DNA of 64,000 nt from Amphiscolops sp. MND2022 (taxonomy: Eukaryota), in assembly GCA_964187785.1 (NCBI GenBank), contig OZ076413.1, positions 49,974,001 to 50,038,000 of the forward strand, given 5' to 3'. This document shows positions 15,255 to 29,036 of this stretch, one piece after another. Position numbers and translations under genes: made by a program. Under the pieces are notes generated by a model, which did not search any database, had not been told where the DNA came from, and saw only the letters and a program-made list of their open reading frames with translations. Within the stretch, counting starts at the first letter, position 1, and each line of letters begins with the position of its first letter.

Positions 15255-16079
15255 ATGTAATATGAGTCTTTTTGATGACTTCTTGCCTGATATTGCGTAT
15301 CAAAAAAACCTACATGTACCAAAGTTTTCGAAACAATAATTTTCACAGAAACAGAATCGCCTTCATACGATTTCTTGAAACATGGGACGATGGTGAAATT
15401 ATTATTGTATTACCGGGAGCAATCCCTTCGCCACTTGGCGTAAATTCTTTGATATATTTACCGGTACGTAGTCATATTGCAATTTAATATTGCTCTGCCC
15501 TTGCTGACTGCGTTGAAACAATCATTTAAACAATGAGCTGGCAGCTTTTTGAAGCAACGGATTTCAATGGCTCTTCAGATCGGCAATGCGGCCTGTGTTC
15601 TAGGAACTGTGAGCGACAGAGATGCGTTCGAAGAAATTTATTACATATAACCTAATTTTTTTTACCTTTATATCATAGCAGCTTTAAAAAAATTCTACCG
15701 GTTGACTGCATAGTGGCTGGTTTGAGTAGTTTGTTGGTTGTTTTTATTGTTACTGGTCTACTGGTATAGTGGCTGGTATGTGGTTCCCTACTTTCGTTGC
15801 AGACCACGGGTGTGTGTCTTCTCCCCCCAACATGATGATACACATGGCACTTGATTGATGACGAAGATCCATGATATCTGATAGAGGTTTAAACAATCGT
15901 CGATACACTTTTTGATCTGACTGAATTCAATTCGATTTTAAATCTTGACCAATCAGCTGCTTGTTGAACAAAGTTTCTGTTGAGAGTTATTTTTCTTTAT
16001 GCTATTAGAAATTGCAATGGTCCGGGAATTCCCTATTTATTGAGTCAAAACTCGTATTTCAAACCTAATTCAGGAATTG

Positions 16080-17418
16080 ATGGGTTCTTCGTATTCACTT
16101 CCGGCAGCAAACCGACCGGAGATCCCGTTCTGTATCATTAGTTTCTACTGGGACCAAGTTCAGATTTTCAATGCTGACGATCATGCTGTATCCATCCTGA
16201 GGAATAATTTGGAAAATAACTACAAGGGCATTCAAAAAGAGTCACGCAAAGATGATGCTTACATCTTCAAATGCCGTGGATACCCTTTTTCTACTAGCTA
16301 CACTAGTGATCACAAAATGTTCATTAATTGCATGTGCATTGTGTTGAAAGAGATGAGTGAAGCTGGCTACATCAAAATATTTTCGGGAGACATGAATTGG
16401 TATATCGATTACAGTGCATGGTTTTTCTACAAGTCCCCAAATGCGGTGGCCAGAAATATGGAGTTTTGCGCAGTTGACATGTGGATGTATGATAAGTTGA
16501 AATTGTTCCAGTGTCCCCCGGAGATTTGCGAAGCTTTGAAATACACTGTTCATGAAAACTGGCGAGGAATTCAAAGAGCTGAAGATGAGGACAAATGCTA
16601 TGCCATTAAGATAAAGGGTTTCCCATGGTCCAGTAACAGCGGCGAAGACGGTGTTAAAAACCGGATTTTAATTATGAAACTTCTTCAAACTATGGCTGCC
16701 TACGGCTGGACTCTTTATTCGGCTACTAACATTGACGGCCATACTGACACCATGTTTTTCTGTCGAAAACGAGACCTTTATATTTCCCGCGAGTTCTGTA
16801 CTTCCATTTTTGCTGTTAGCCTTAATGCAAATGATAGATTGAGATTGATCAATGCTGATGGCGGAGTAGTGGAAGCCTTGAAAAACGTTATTGAGAGGAA
16901 CTGGAAAGAAATTCAGCGAGAAGGTGACCATTATGGAAGCCACGAGTTCAAACTCAAAGGCACTCCGTGGTGGGAACGAGGTCATCGGGGCATACCCTCA
17001 GTTTCTCTCCTATGTGCCATTTTCTCCGAGCTTAGACGAATGGGATGGAAAGTGATGATGAACTTAGATATCAGTCGAAGCCGGCATGACAAAGGTGTCT
17101 TCTTTTTTGTTAGAATGCCTCCCAAAGATACATACTACTGTGCTTTGAGTATCAAAGACTCTGATCATGTATACGGTGTCCATCTGCATGAATCAATGCA
17201 ACAGTCTCTCACACAAGTGTTCGCACCTTTATTCGAACTAAAAGAATCATCGGGACCTCTAGATACTCCGTATGCTATAAAATGGACATTGAGAGGAAGC
17301 CCTTGGTGTTCATCTGGGACTTCAGCTGCTAGACTGAATGGTCAACTTCTAGCGGCATCTTTGGTCAACACTATGGTCGGTTTCAATTATCATTTGTGCA
17401 GTAGTGCTGATATCTCAA
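16080..17418 (+). CDS. Paralog A, coding exon 1: uncharacterised four-repeat protein
   Basis: Intact 1339-nt frame from ATG (MGSSYS...) to SADIS; donor TCAA|GTTAGT at the same position as in B and C; repeat motif D.L.L...W..IQ...FKLKG.PW...GW...D...FF. Confidence 0.9.
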
Positions 17419-19447
17419 GTTAGTATTTTATTACTTTGTAAATGCTTTACCTTGAGTCACAAAAAGCGGTAATATATTAAGCTGTGAATTGAGAAAACGA
17501 AGTTTATTGCTGAGATTAGGCAACTTTTTCTCTTCTTTATCGAAATCTTTGAATCTTCAAGGGAAGGCATTACCTCGCCTTAATTAAAAAAAAAACTACT
17601 TGAAATAGTATTAAAAATGCATTTTTATTTCAAGAGGTAGTGTATACAACATATTTAATAAAAAAACGTAATTTAAGGGTAAAACGCAATGATTGTGGGG
17701 ACGAATTATGTAAATTACATTATGTATGTTGCCACGCTTAGTTTGTCCACGCCGCCAGTTATGCGCGCTTTCCAAACAGACGGCCGTCGGTTCGATGTCT
17801 TCAACGTTCTAAATTGAATAGTGTAAATTAAATAGTAAAAAATCAATAGTAAAGTAAATAGCGCGCTATATTAAAAAGTTTCATATAACCGATGGCAAAC
17901 GATAATCATGATGAGGAATTGATGAGGATAACTATCGTGAGGAAGTCTGGAGAAGTTTGTAAAACCTGCGAGATGGCACTGGACAAATCTGATGCGACTT
18001 TCACTGCTTATACTGCGCTTGTGTTATGTATTTGACAGAGTGCTGGGCTATCAAAAAAACTTGGTGAAAGCCATCAAGGATTTGGGTAGCAACATTCTAC
18101 TATTTTGCAATGAATGTGTAAACGCTGACAAGCGGGATTTGATAGTGCGAAGAGAAACAGCTTCCAGAATCGAAGAAAAGAATGAAGCTAGGTTGAATCA
18201 TATGAATTCTCAATTAACTGAAATAAAAACAGCTACATAATCTAAAAAACGAACATGTAAAAACGTTCGGTAACGGTGAGTCAACGTTAAGCGTGGCTCT
18301 ACCTCCAGAACCTACCCCACAAACAACGACCAAACCAGACAATATTGAAGACGGCATCCGAATCAAAGGATACCGGAATCAAATTCTAAAGATGCACGGC
18401 TATGCTACGAACACATGAATGAAGTCCTCAATTTTGCAGCATATGAACACGGATTGTACGATAAATGATATCAGACGAGTTGGAAAATTTGAAGCAGGAA
18501 AAATCAGGTCTGTTACAATGAAAGTCTCAAATAGCTTTCAGAGACGAATAACACTTCTATCACTTCCAAAGCTGAAAACCTATGAGAAGAGGATTTTTAT
18601 CAATCGAGAGTGCACCAAAGAGGAAGCGTCCCTCGAGAACAAGTTATTGAAAGCACGACGAGACATGATTGACAGGGAACAAATCAACTCGAAAAACATA
18701 CGCCTGAGAAACTTAGAATTACAAAGAAAGTGAAAGTTAACAACACTAAAACTTGGGTTGCCATTAAACTTCCAGAGTCTGAATGACTACTTGAAACAGA
18801 TCAACTCTTCAAATTTCTCTTTCAACGTCAGAAGTATTCTTTAAAGTCAAAGACGATTTAGATTTGCAATTGCTATTGCCTCCAGTCGTTCGTTCCATGT
18901 GACATGCATCACTGAAACATGGCTCACATCAGCTGTCAGTGACCCTGCCCTTCATCTCAAAAATTATAAATTGTACCGAAAAGATAGAACACCTGATCAA
19001 AACGGTAATACCAAGCTTGGAGGCGTACTCAATGGAGTGAGCACTGCGTTATCTTTATTGAAAGTACCTCTCCTTATGATAAAATCCAAAGAAGAATCTG
19101 AGGACGTAATTATCGTAAAGTTATCTTGTAACTCCTCGACAAACCTGGTATGTTGTTTATGTTACCTCACCAAAGTCTGTACTCCTGGGAGTCCCAGCGT
19201 TTCATAGAACTGATATAACTTGAGAAACCTTAAAATTGAGCATAACTACAAACTGTCATTTGCGGTGACATCAATTTCTGCGGAACTGACTGGTCTGCTT
19301 CAAACTCATGAAAATGAAGTTCTGGAAAGATTAGTTGAATTCAACTATGAACACGCTCGACGCAAATCGATGTTTTTATGTAACGACTCATCTTTTATAG
19401 TATCAAGTAAACTTGACGATCATATGAACCGAGCCTTTTCAATAAAC

Positions 19448-19892
19448 AACAAGACGAACGTCTAAAGTCGGCGCTAAATCTAAGCCTCAAAAAGCGCAAA
19501 CTTTTTTTCGGAAAAAAACATGCCCAAAGGTTCCTTTCATGCTCGATAAGATTCGTCGGAAACCAATTTTTTCCCAATTGGGAACAAACACTTTTAAAAA
19601 AAAACCTTCAGATTTTTTTCTTTCGAAAAATGTCGCATAGTGCCGAAAAAAATCCAAAGAGGGGACCCTTTAAGCACGTCCGGTTTTGTAGGTTCCCTTG
19701 AAAAAGTAAAAAAAGGGTAAAGTGAAAAGAGGGACCCTTTGGATTACGTTTGCCTTGGCCGGACTTGGCCTCAGGTGGTTTCAGGAATGTTTCTAAAAGA
19801 CAGATCAGTGTGAGGATTGTAGTCTGAAGAAACACAAGGCCACTGCTATAGTCGGGCATTTTTCCTTAACAGGAAAACGCGCCGACTAAAAA
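19448..19892 (-). mobile_element. Helentron/DINE-1-like non-autonomous element nested in the LINE
   Basis: ACAAG...AAGTCGGCGC...TAAGCCTCAAAAA at one end; TAGTCGGGC...GCGCCGACTAAAAA hairpin at the other; subterminal inverted AGTCGGCG/CGCCGACT; A-run flanks and no TSD. Strand inferred by analogy to DINE-1. Confidence 0.65.
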
Positions 19893-21624
19893 CGCCTTAG
19901 TAACCACTCAGCCTACGCTTGTGCTGTTGCTATCCCCTTGAAATCTCTAGCCTCTTTCAATACAAGACCCTCCAACCCAGCCTTCCAAAACTTTCAGAGC
20001 CTTGCCTACGGTAAAGCTGACTGGCCAGCAATCCCTCGTTACATTGGAAACAATCCTTTTTGTTGCTACTGTTATACCCGTATAACTCTTTTGTTAGATA
20101 AATGGTATTAATGGCTATTCAGTATTTCAAGCTTGTTCACTACCAGAAGGAACAACCACCGAACTGAGTTACCGCTGTGGATTTCTCCAGAAACCTCACA
20201 CTTGATGAAAAAAGTGAATACTCGAAGAAGGAGGACACTCAAAAGTCCTGGACTTTCCGAGACTCTGAAACTCGAGTGACTGGAGAAAAGCCTGAAAGAA
20301 AAAACTGGCATAGACCAATTCAACTATGAAGAGAAGGATTTTTGTTCGAGAAGGTACAGCAATTTCCATAAATATTTTAAAAGCATTCGGAAGTCAAAAC
20401 ATCCCCGAAAGAGTTCATTGTAACGGTATATCAACCACCGGGCAAGCAGCAGCAGCTCTCTTCGCTTCAACAAGTTCTTTAACAGTGTTTATCAGCACGA
20501 AGATCAGTCGATCTGAACTTTGCGAGAAAAGAACTCAATTCCGTATACACTACCCCACAAACTGTTTCGAATGTGTTGTCGGCACTCGACGCGAAAAAGC
20601 CACACGTCCTGATGGCCTCGGAAGTACTGTCCCGAAAAATTTCTCATCACCGGGAAAGTTGCTGTTTAATTTTCCGAGGCATCGTCAGCACAGGAGAAAT
20701 TCCTACATGCTGAAAAACAAGTATCATAGTACGAATACACAAGGAAGGCGATAGAAGTGATGTCGAAAATTGTAGTCCTGTTAGTCTTTCATGCTCCACC
20801 TCGGAAGTGTTCGAGAAAATCATCATCGATGCTCTTTACCTACATGTGAAATGTAAGATCTCGTCAACTCAACATGGTTTTTTTCAAAGGGAAGTCTGTG
20901 ATAACTCAAATGCTGCAGCAATTTTTTTATGCTGTCTACGAACACTTCGTATCTCCTCAGTACAAAGAACTGTACATTGTATCTCGACTTCCAGAAAGTT
21001 TTCGACTCAGTACTGCGCAGTGTTCTTCTGGAAAAATGCAACCACCATGGAGTAGGTGGAAAGTTATTACGACTCATCCAGAACTATTCAACGAACAGAA
21101 AGCAATATGTATGTCGCCATCGACTGTTATGTCTCCAAAGAACTACCTTAGGGTAGTGGCGTTCCGCAAGGCTCTCTAATCGGCCCTCCTATGTTCCTGA
21201 TAATGGTTCCTGATGGTATCGTGGTCCGAATTCAACAATTTGTGGTTGGAACGAGGAAAATGCACCGTTCTACCACTGAAAGGTGAATTATCCGCTCCAT
21301 TGGCTGATGACTTCTTCGAGTCGGTATTGGTTCAGAAAGACCTCAATATTTATCTCACAACCAACTTAACGTGGAAAGAACAAGCTGCTGTTATATGCAA
21401 GAAAGCAATGAAAACGTTTTTCAGTGGGAAGAGAAATATCGCTTCCTCTTCTAATGTTAATACAAAATTGCATGCACACTGTGGATACATCATGCCAATT
21501 CTGACGTTTGGCGCAAATTTATGGTCTGGGAATCTTGCTGACGTGAAGAAAGTTGAAACAGTACAGCACAAAATAACTCGTTGGATTCATAGTACATCCC
21601 ATCACCCATACAAGCTGCTCATTA

Positions 21625-22026
21625 CAGTGCCAAAAGTGGGTTAACACACTTTTGTGCTATCAAGTCACCGAAATCCACTGACATACTTTTAAACATGTAT
21701 TTCACTGATTTTCATTGGATTCCGCTGATAGTGGATTCCACTGCGGCTATCGGTGGAGTCCACTGCGGCCATCGGTGGAGTCCACTGCAGCGTTCAGTGG
21801 AATCCACGGCAGTGTTTTGTGGAATCCACTGCAAGATCCGAATGTTTAAGGTATTTGATTTTGGAATCCAATGCTTTGCAGCGAAATTCGCTGCAGAAAA
21901 ATTGCCAAAAGAGTGGAATCGACTGCAACGTAATAGCATTTGTTAGTGGATTACGCTGCACGCTTTCCAAAACTGCCGTCCAGCGAAATCCGCTGCAAAA
22001 ATTCAAAATACCCACTTTTGGCACTG
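21625..22026. mobile_element. Tc1/mariner-type MITE nested in the LINE
   Basis: TIR CAGTGCCAAAAGTGGG / CCCACTTTTGGCACTG flanked by TA on both sides; internal GTGGANTCCACTGC repeats. Confidence 0.85.
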
Positions 22027-22134
22027 TAATGCTAATACTATAGTTTTTACCAGTCAGTCTTTAAAACGAGATGCATACACTTCTCTTATTAGCGGGAATT
22101 ATGAAGTAAATTGGAAAGACTTCGTGCAATTGGT

Positions 22135-22506
22135 AACAAGCCGGGAACGGCCCAAGTCGGCGCCATATCTAAGGCTCAAAAAGACTCGAAAACCACTTTT
22201 TCTACCACTGGAGACAACAAAAGCTCTCAAAAAACTAAAAATTAAAATTCCGAATTTTTTTGAAATTTTTTTCGAAGTTTCCGGTAAGTCGCATATTGCC
22301 GAAAAATGTAAAAGGTTGGACGCTTTTTTATCTCATGTTAGACGCTTTGGATGCGTTGAAAATGAAGTACTAAGTACATATGGTAAAAGTTGTTAAATGT
22401 GCATTAATTGGATTAATGCACAAAAAGTGGACGTACGCGTTGAACTGACGAAAAAAAACTAGCCACTGTAAGAGTCGGGATTTTCTTCGAAAACGCCGAC
22501 TAAAAA
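22135..22506 (-). mobile_element. Helentron/DINE-1-like element nested in the LINE
   Basis: AACAAGCCGGGAACGGCCCAAGTCGGCGCC ... CGCCGACTAAAAA. Confidence 0.65.
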
Positions 22507-24091
22507 GATCTTCGTGGCAGTCCTTCAGCAAAACATTCAAAATACCCATGAAGACAAAAAAAGGCTGGAACAAACGATTTTTGGTACATCTGGCCAAACT
22601 GGCCATCTCCACTACTGACCAACATTCTAAACAAATTTGTCAACATTTACGAACCTAAAGGTCGAAAATGGTGACTGCAAACTTTCTACTGAAACTTCTT
22701 TCCGGACAAATACTCTGAGGATATCAGTTGCATATGGATAATTTTCTGTGGATGCAATATTTTTGGGAACTGCTATGAAAACTCAAATTCGGTTATCGAT
22801 ACTGTCTGATGCCCATGGGGCTCCGCTAAAGCTTTACTACTACTACAACTAATTATCTTTGTTTGCAAACCTAGACGTGTCAAAGGGTTATTAAGTTATG
22901 AAAATTTCCTAAAAGCCACCTCTCTATAAGAGCATTTCTATAAGATGAATTTTAAATTTGAATCTGAAGTTTTAACAGGACTGAAGTGTGCTAGTTATCA
23001 CTTTCAATTTTATTTTGCTCTTTAGCGAAATTCGATTCACGCACTTCTTGATGACAAGACTTCCAGAATTAGGGGAATGTAAAAAAAATCGCAACATTAC
23101 TGAGACTGAAAAGCGCAACAAATTATACAATGCGCTCAAAAATCAATGTTTCAATACCACTTCGAATGATTCTGAAACTAATAACTTACATTGACTTGAC
23201 CTGACCTTTCTCTTGCTGTTTGTAATACCCAATAGTTTTGCAGTATAATAATTCATAGTTTTCCAACAGGTTTTGAGATAATTTATTGATTATAAGCAAT
23301 AAATAAATTCAATAGTCGGCCTTTTCTTTAGCGCAGACTACATTAGGGATAATAAAAGCGACAAAACGAAAACTTCTTCTTTTTCAGAACTGTAAATTAT
23401 AAACAAGACTGGAACGTGTAAAGTCGGCGCTACACCTAAGGCTCAAAAAGCGCAAAGTTATTAAAACCAAGCCAATCTTTTTGGCGGTTTGCATCGGAAA
23501 TAAGAGTTTTCTTGGGCTTATTCCAGCTGTCAGACCACTGCTGACTAAGATGCGTCGGATATAAGACGCGGAATTTTCGAAAGCGAGCTCTTTTTGATTT
23601 CTGTAGAGCTGAGGAATTGGTTTTTTCACAAGACTGGACGGGACTATAGGGTCCGCCCTTGAATTTTTTTTCGGTACTGTGCGACTTTTTTGGATTTTTT
23701 TGTCTCAATTCAAATTTTGCAACAAACAGAAGTTTCATAAAGTCTGAAGAGTCTTCCCTTTCAAATTTTTCGGCACTATGAGACCGTTTCAAAATTATTT
23801 TTTTTCAGTGTGAAATAAGGTTTTCTCAATATATACCCACAAATAATTTTTGTTCAATGTTTTCCAAAATTTTGACGTAATATCCGGAGTAAAGCGTTAT
23901 ATCTGAACCTTGACGTAATATCCGAAGTAATTTGCGTTTTACTGAGGAGGTGTAGGATCGAAAAAAGAGATACTTTATTGATTATGAGCAATAAATCAAT
24001 TCATTAGTCGGCACTTTCTTTAGCGCAGACTACATTAGTGATATTAAAAGCGACAAAGCGAACACTTCAAATTTTTCAAAACTGTAAATTA

Positions 24092-24802
24092 TAAACAAGA
24101 CTGGAACGTGTAAAGTCGGCGCTACACCTAAGGCTCAAAAAGCGCAAAGTTCTTAAAATTTGATGAAAGACTCAGAAAAGTTTCGAATCACCCAAAGAGT
24201 GCTTTTCGTACTCGGAAAACATTCCAGAAGTTCAGATGTAGCGTGCTGAGACATACACCAGTGCTTTTTGATCCTACGCCTCCTCCTTAGTGACACGCAA
24301 TATAGTTCGGATATGACGTCAAAAATAAGGATATTTCGCATTATTTTCGAACCTCTACCCCCAAAGTTCGGAAAGTAATGAAACAAATTATTGGATATAT
24401 ATTGACAAAACCTGATATCCGACCAAAATTTTGAAACTGTCTGATAGTGCCGAAAAATCAGAGAGGGGGGACTTTCGGATTTTTCAACATTCATTTTGTT
24501 GCAAGTTATCACAAAACTCCAAGAAGGGACCATTTGGAGACAATAAAAAATTTTGGAGACGAAAAAAAAGTTTCACAGTGCCGAAAAATATCGAAAAGGG
24601 AGACCCTTTAGTCTCGTCCGGTTTTGTAGGTTACGTCAAAATAAAAAAAATGAAAGGAGGCATTTGCACTGAGTTTCCTCTGGCCGGACTTGGCCTTGGT
24701 AGTTTCTGTAGAAACAGTACCTTTCAGTGTGAGGTCTGATGTCTGGAGAAAAAAGTCAGTGTAAGAGTCGGGCAATTTTTGCTTCACAAAAAGCGCCGAC
24801 TA
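24092..24802 (-). mobile_element. Helentron/DINE-1-like element
   Basis: Same terminal motifs (ACAAGACTGGAACGTGTAAAGTCGGCGC ... AAGCGCCGACTA). Confidence 0.6.
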
Positions 24803-24809
24803 GAAGTAT

Positions 24810-25260
24810 TGTTCAAAATATATTTTCAATATTTTGCTGCATGTCCATAGTTTTGCCGCAGGGAATCGGGTTTTTGCTCATACTCTTTCTGTATTTTGGC
24901 GAGTTCGTCTCGAGAAAAAGACATCAAAAGTTTAAAATTTCGTGCATTTCCTCGCTAGACGCCTTTTTCAGAACTGACCACAATTTTCAATGATATTGAT
25001 ATGGTGACTGAAGGGCTATTCTTTAGACAGACAATCGCATTTTCCTCATAAAATTCTTGTTTCTTTTTCACTGTTTGGCGGGCGTTGTCTTGTTGGACAA
25101 TTTCATGCAAATCCAAGAAGTTTAGAGCATGATCGATGAGAATTCGAATATAACAGCTGGCATCCATTTTGTTTATTGGAAGAATAATTTACCATTCGAT
25201 TGAATGCACCCCCAGAGCATTTGCTTTTTTGATGGAATTAGACGATGTTTCAGGACGTCT
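24810..25260 (-). pseudogene. Tc1/mariner transposase DDE-domain remnant
   Basis: Minus strand across frameshifts: MLWGA...MDASCYIRIL...QQDNA...QSPYINIIEN.WSVLKK, matching the Tc1 motifs VWG / QQDNA / SPDLNPIENLW. Confidence 0.75.
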
Positions 25261-26795
25261 TTTGATTGAATTTTAGTTTGCTTATTAGCTAAATTCGATT
25301 CACGCACTTCTCAGATGACAAGACTTCCAGAAGTACGGGAATGTAAAAAAAAATCGCAACATTGCTGAGAGAATGAATAGCGTACCAAAATATTCAATGC
25401 GCTCAAAAATCAATGTCTCAATATCACTTTGAATGAGTCTGAAACTAATAAATTTCATTGACTTGACCTGATCTTTTTCTTGCGGTTTGTAATACCCAAT
25501 AGTTTTGCAATATAATAATTCATAGTTTTCCAACAGGTTTTGAGATAATTTATTGATTATAAGCAATAAATAAATTCAATAGTCGGCCTTTTCTTTAGCG
25601 CAGACTACATTAGTGATAATAAAAGCGACAAAACGAAAACTTCTTCTTTTTCAGAACTGTAAATTATAAACAAGACTGGAACGTGTAAAGTCGGCGCTAC
25701 ACCTAAGGCTCAAAAAGCGCAAAGTTATTAAAACCAAGCCAATCTTTTTGGCGGTTTGCATCGGAAATAAGAGTTTTCTTTGGGCTTATTCCAGCTGTCA
25801 GACCACTGCTGACTAAGATGCGTCGGATATAAGACGCGGAATTTTCGAAAGCGAGCTCTTTTTGATTTCTGTAGAGCTGAGGAATTGGTTTTTTCAAAAG
25901 ACTGGACGGGACTATAGGGTCCGCCCTTGATTTTTTTTCGGTACTGTGCGACTTTTTTGGATTTTTTTGTCTCAATTCAAATTTTGCAACAAACAGAAGT
26001 TTCATAAAGTCTGAAGAGTCTTCCCTTTCAAATTTTTCGGCACTATGAGACCGTTTCAAAATTATTTTTTTTTCAGTGTGAAATAAGGTTTTCTCAATAT
26101 ATACCCACAAATAATTTTTGTTCAATGTTTTCCAAAATTTGAGGTAATATCCGGAGTAAAGCGTTATATCTGAACCTTGACGTAATATCCGAAGTAATTT
26201 GCGTTTTACTGAGGAGGTGTAGGATCGAAAAAAGAGATACTTTATTGATTATGAGCAATAAATCAATTCATTCTTTCACTTCTGAAGCGTTTTCCGAGCA
26301 CGAAAGGAAGCCTTCCGGTGTTTCAAAACTGAAACTTTTCATTAAAAAGACGTTCTGAGCATATCCTAAAACGTTTGCGCTTTTTGAGCCTTAGATATAG
26401 CGCCGACTTTAGACGTTCCCGTCTTGTTATATCTTCCAGGGTTCCCAAAGTTTTGTACTTTTTGATAATTGATACCCCAGAATGAACCATTTTTTATTTC
26501 TGCAAAAGTAAACGAGACCTTTTGTGTTTTTTGCGGCACTGTATATTGATTTCATAATAGTTGTCCCTTGAATATTTCAAACACTTCGCTCTTTTCGGAC
26601 TTTTGGCGCAGTTTTTCGGGCTTGTTTTAGTATTGCAATAAGTTGAAATGCAATATTACATATCCCGCATGTTAATCCACTTGGTTCTGTGGAATTGTGG
26701 TTGAATTTATCTGCTTGTTGTGTGTGGCCTAAATGAACTGAAGATTAATAGACTATTTGTGGGCACTTGACGCGTAAATTTGCAGACTTACATTT

Positions 26796-27444
26796 AAACA
26801 AGCCGGGACCGGCCCAAGTCGGCGCCATATCCAAGGCTCAAAAATAGCAAAACGACTTCCAAGTGTCAAGTACTCTTTTACAGTACTCGAAAATCGAAAT
26901 TTTTTGAAAAAAAATTTTTCGAAAAAATTACATACTCAAAAAAAAATGGACCGAGTGGCGCGCTAAAGTCTCACAATGCCGAAAAACTGAAAGGGAGGAC
27001 CCTTTGAGGTTTTTCAACATCCATTCTGTCGCAAAACATGAAAAAATTGAAGAAAACAAAAATTTTCATTTTCGGGAAAAAATCTCACAATGCCGAAAAA
27101 AACTGAAAGGGGGGACCCTTTGGAATTTTTCAACATCCATTCTGTCGCAAAACATCAAAAAAATGCAGGGGGGACCCTTTGGGGGAAATTTTTTTTCGGA
27201 AAAAAAAGTCTCGCAGTGCCGAAAAAAATGAAAGGGGGGAGTCTTTGGTCTCGCCCGGTATGGTTTGTTACGTGGAAAAACAGGAAAAACCTTTTTGGTT
27301 CAGTTCGCTCGACCAAATAGTGCATTTTGATGCAATAATATTTTGTAGAACTTTTGTAGAACTATTTTGGTCAGTTCGTGTGGATAGAAAAAAAAAGAGT
27401 CACTATAATAGTCGCGTTTCACTTCATGAAGCGCCGACTAAAAA
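26796..27444 (-). mobile_element. Helentron/DINE-1-like element
   Basis: AAACAAGCCGGGACCGGCCCAAGTCGGCGCC ... TAGTCGCG..GCGCCGACTAAAAA; internal GTCTCACAATGCCGAAAAA repeats. Confidence 0.65.
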
Positions 27445-28259
27445 CTACCTTCAAGGATTAGAATTATGCCTCCTCATTCAGCTTAAAAATTTCCGCGTAG
27501 TTTTGAACTTTGACTTTTTTCCAAAGAATTTAAAATTTTTACTAATAACAGTGGAGCGCTTATCCAAACTAATGTGCTACTTTGCAGTAATTTTCAAATA
27601 AAACCACCATACCCAACATTTTTGCACTAAAAGTGAATTTCGGATCATAAAAGCTGTGTATATTTGATGTGCTACTTAAAATTGGTGGAGTGTCTTTGAA
27701 ATTAATGAATTTCTTTGGTAAAATTGGTTGATTAACGTATGTAGTCATTGAACGAATTTTGTTCATTTGTTTGATCTTGGCACAACCATGATACTTCACA
27801 AAAGTGATACTTCACAAAAAACAGACGACGAATTCGTTCAATTTGTAAATGCCACATGCTTCATTCAATTCAAGGAAGATGAAAATTTATGGTTTAATTT
27901 AGAAAAATGTAATTCAGGCACAACTGCACGGTGCTAAAACCATGACGAACGGACATAATTCAAGAAAATTTGAAATGAAAGCTTTTCATATCACATATTC
28001 GCATCGAAAAGCTATAATTACCGAAAGAAATTACATTAGTTTTTAGCGTTGGCGGCTGCGCGTAACCCAATTCTTTTCGAAAGTTTTTTGGTTCTTATAG
28101 AAAACTTGCTTCCAAGATAACTCAACAGTTTACCGCAGTATTATACAATATATACAAGTATATACATTACTAATGACTAAAACGTTGACTGAATTAACAT
28201 TGATTATGAAACCCTTTGAAACTTTAGTTTTTGTAAATACGAGCGAAGAGTTGTTTCAG

Positions 28260-28450
28260 GTATCTACGTCTCAAGAGACAAAGCCCCCGACTACAAACCC
28301 GATGGCGACACCCTGTTCTTTGCCCAGGATGACCCCCCTCTGAATGTCGGCCTCTTCACGGACCAGCCTTCCTTCGTGCCTATGGACAACTTCTTCTCAT
28401 CTTCCCCTCCCCCGCCTCCTCCCAGCTACGAAATTCTGTATGCTGAATGA
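28260..28450 (+). CDS. Paralog A, last coding exon (missing from the ORF track)
   Basis: Acceptor TTTCAG|GT; phase-1 join gives S-IYVSRDKAPDYKPDGDTLFF...PPPPPPSYEILYAE*; 191 nt as in B; total CDS 1530 nt. Confidence 0.88.
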
Positions 28451-29036
28451 GTCACCCACATACCTGTCCAATCTAGTATGTAGTCCATTGAAACCCTCAG
28501 GGTATGACGGTCTTCTACTTTAGAAAAATGTCCTGTTATAGTCAGGGTTGCAGTCATTGATTATAATCAGTTAATATTTAACTTGATTTTCTTGAAAGTA
28601 TTTTAATCATGATTGTTTTACAAAATCGCCATTTCTTTGACATGGATTGAGTTTTTTTGAAATCTACGGATCAACACTGTCGTTTCTTACTATCGTTCCG
28701 AGCACTGGATAATTAGAGTGCCTTCTATTCATTTTGGGCTTTGTCCATTCGAAAACAAAACTCAAACCCAATTCAGAGTTGAAAAAACTCAAAAACTTGC
28801 TTTCTGATTCAACTTTTGAAATTATTTTCGAAAAATATTAACTTTTATGCAGCCAGTTATCAGGCCATGGTTATGGCCTTTGTGAAACAAGATCGATCCC
28901 TAATCTAGTGTTGCTGTAATCCTGCTTGCCTTCTTATTTTCTGTCTTCTATAGAACTTATCGCTGGTATAAACCGTGATTGTCATTTATAAATATTTGAT
29001 CAGTTAAAGAATTTGATCTATTAGTTTGTCAATGAG

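Larger units (their letters stand above)
17740..22850 (+). mobile_element. Near full-length degraded LINE (CR1/L2-group-like) in the intron of paralog A
   Basis: ORF1 remnant from 17892 with PHD-like Cys pattern (CKTC...CLYC...FCNEC) and IRRVGKF..RIFINRE; AP endonuclease motifs NVRS, CITETWL, RKDR..GGVL, GDIN; RT motifs QHGFF, YLDFQKVFDSV, GVPQGSLIGP; ends TACTACTACTACAACT. Many frameshifts and three nested insertions; 5' limit approximate. Confidence 0.88.
23030..26271 (+). repeat. Interrupted direct duplication of ~975 bp (23030-24004 and 25291-26271)
   Basis: Near-identical copies, most alike in their 3' two-thirds; 23968-24151 is a third partial copy. Confidence 0.9.
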
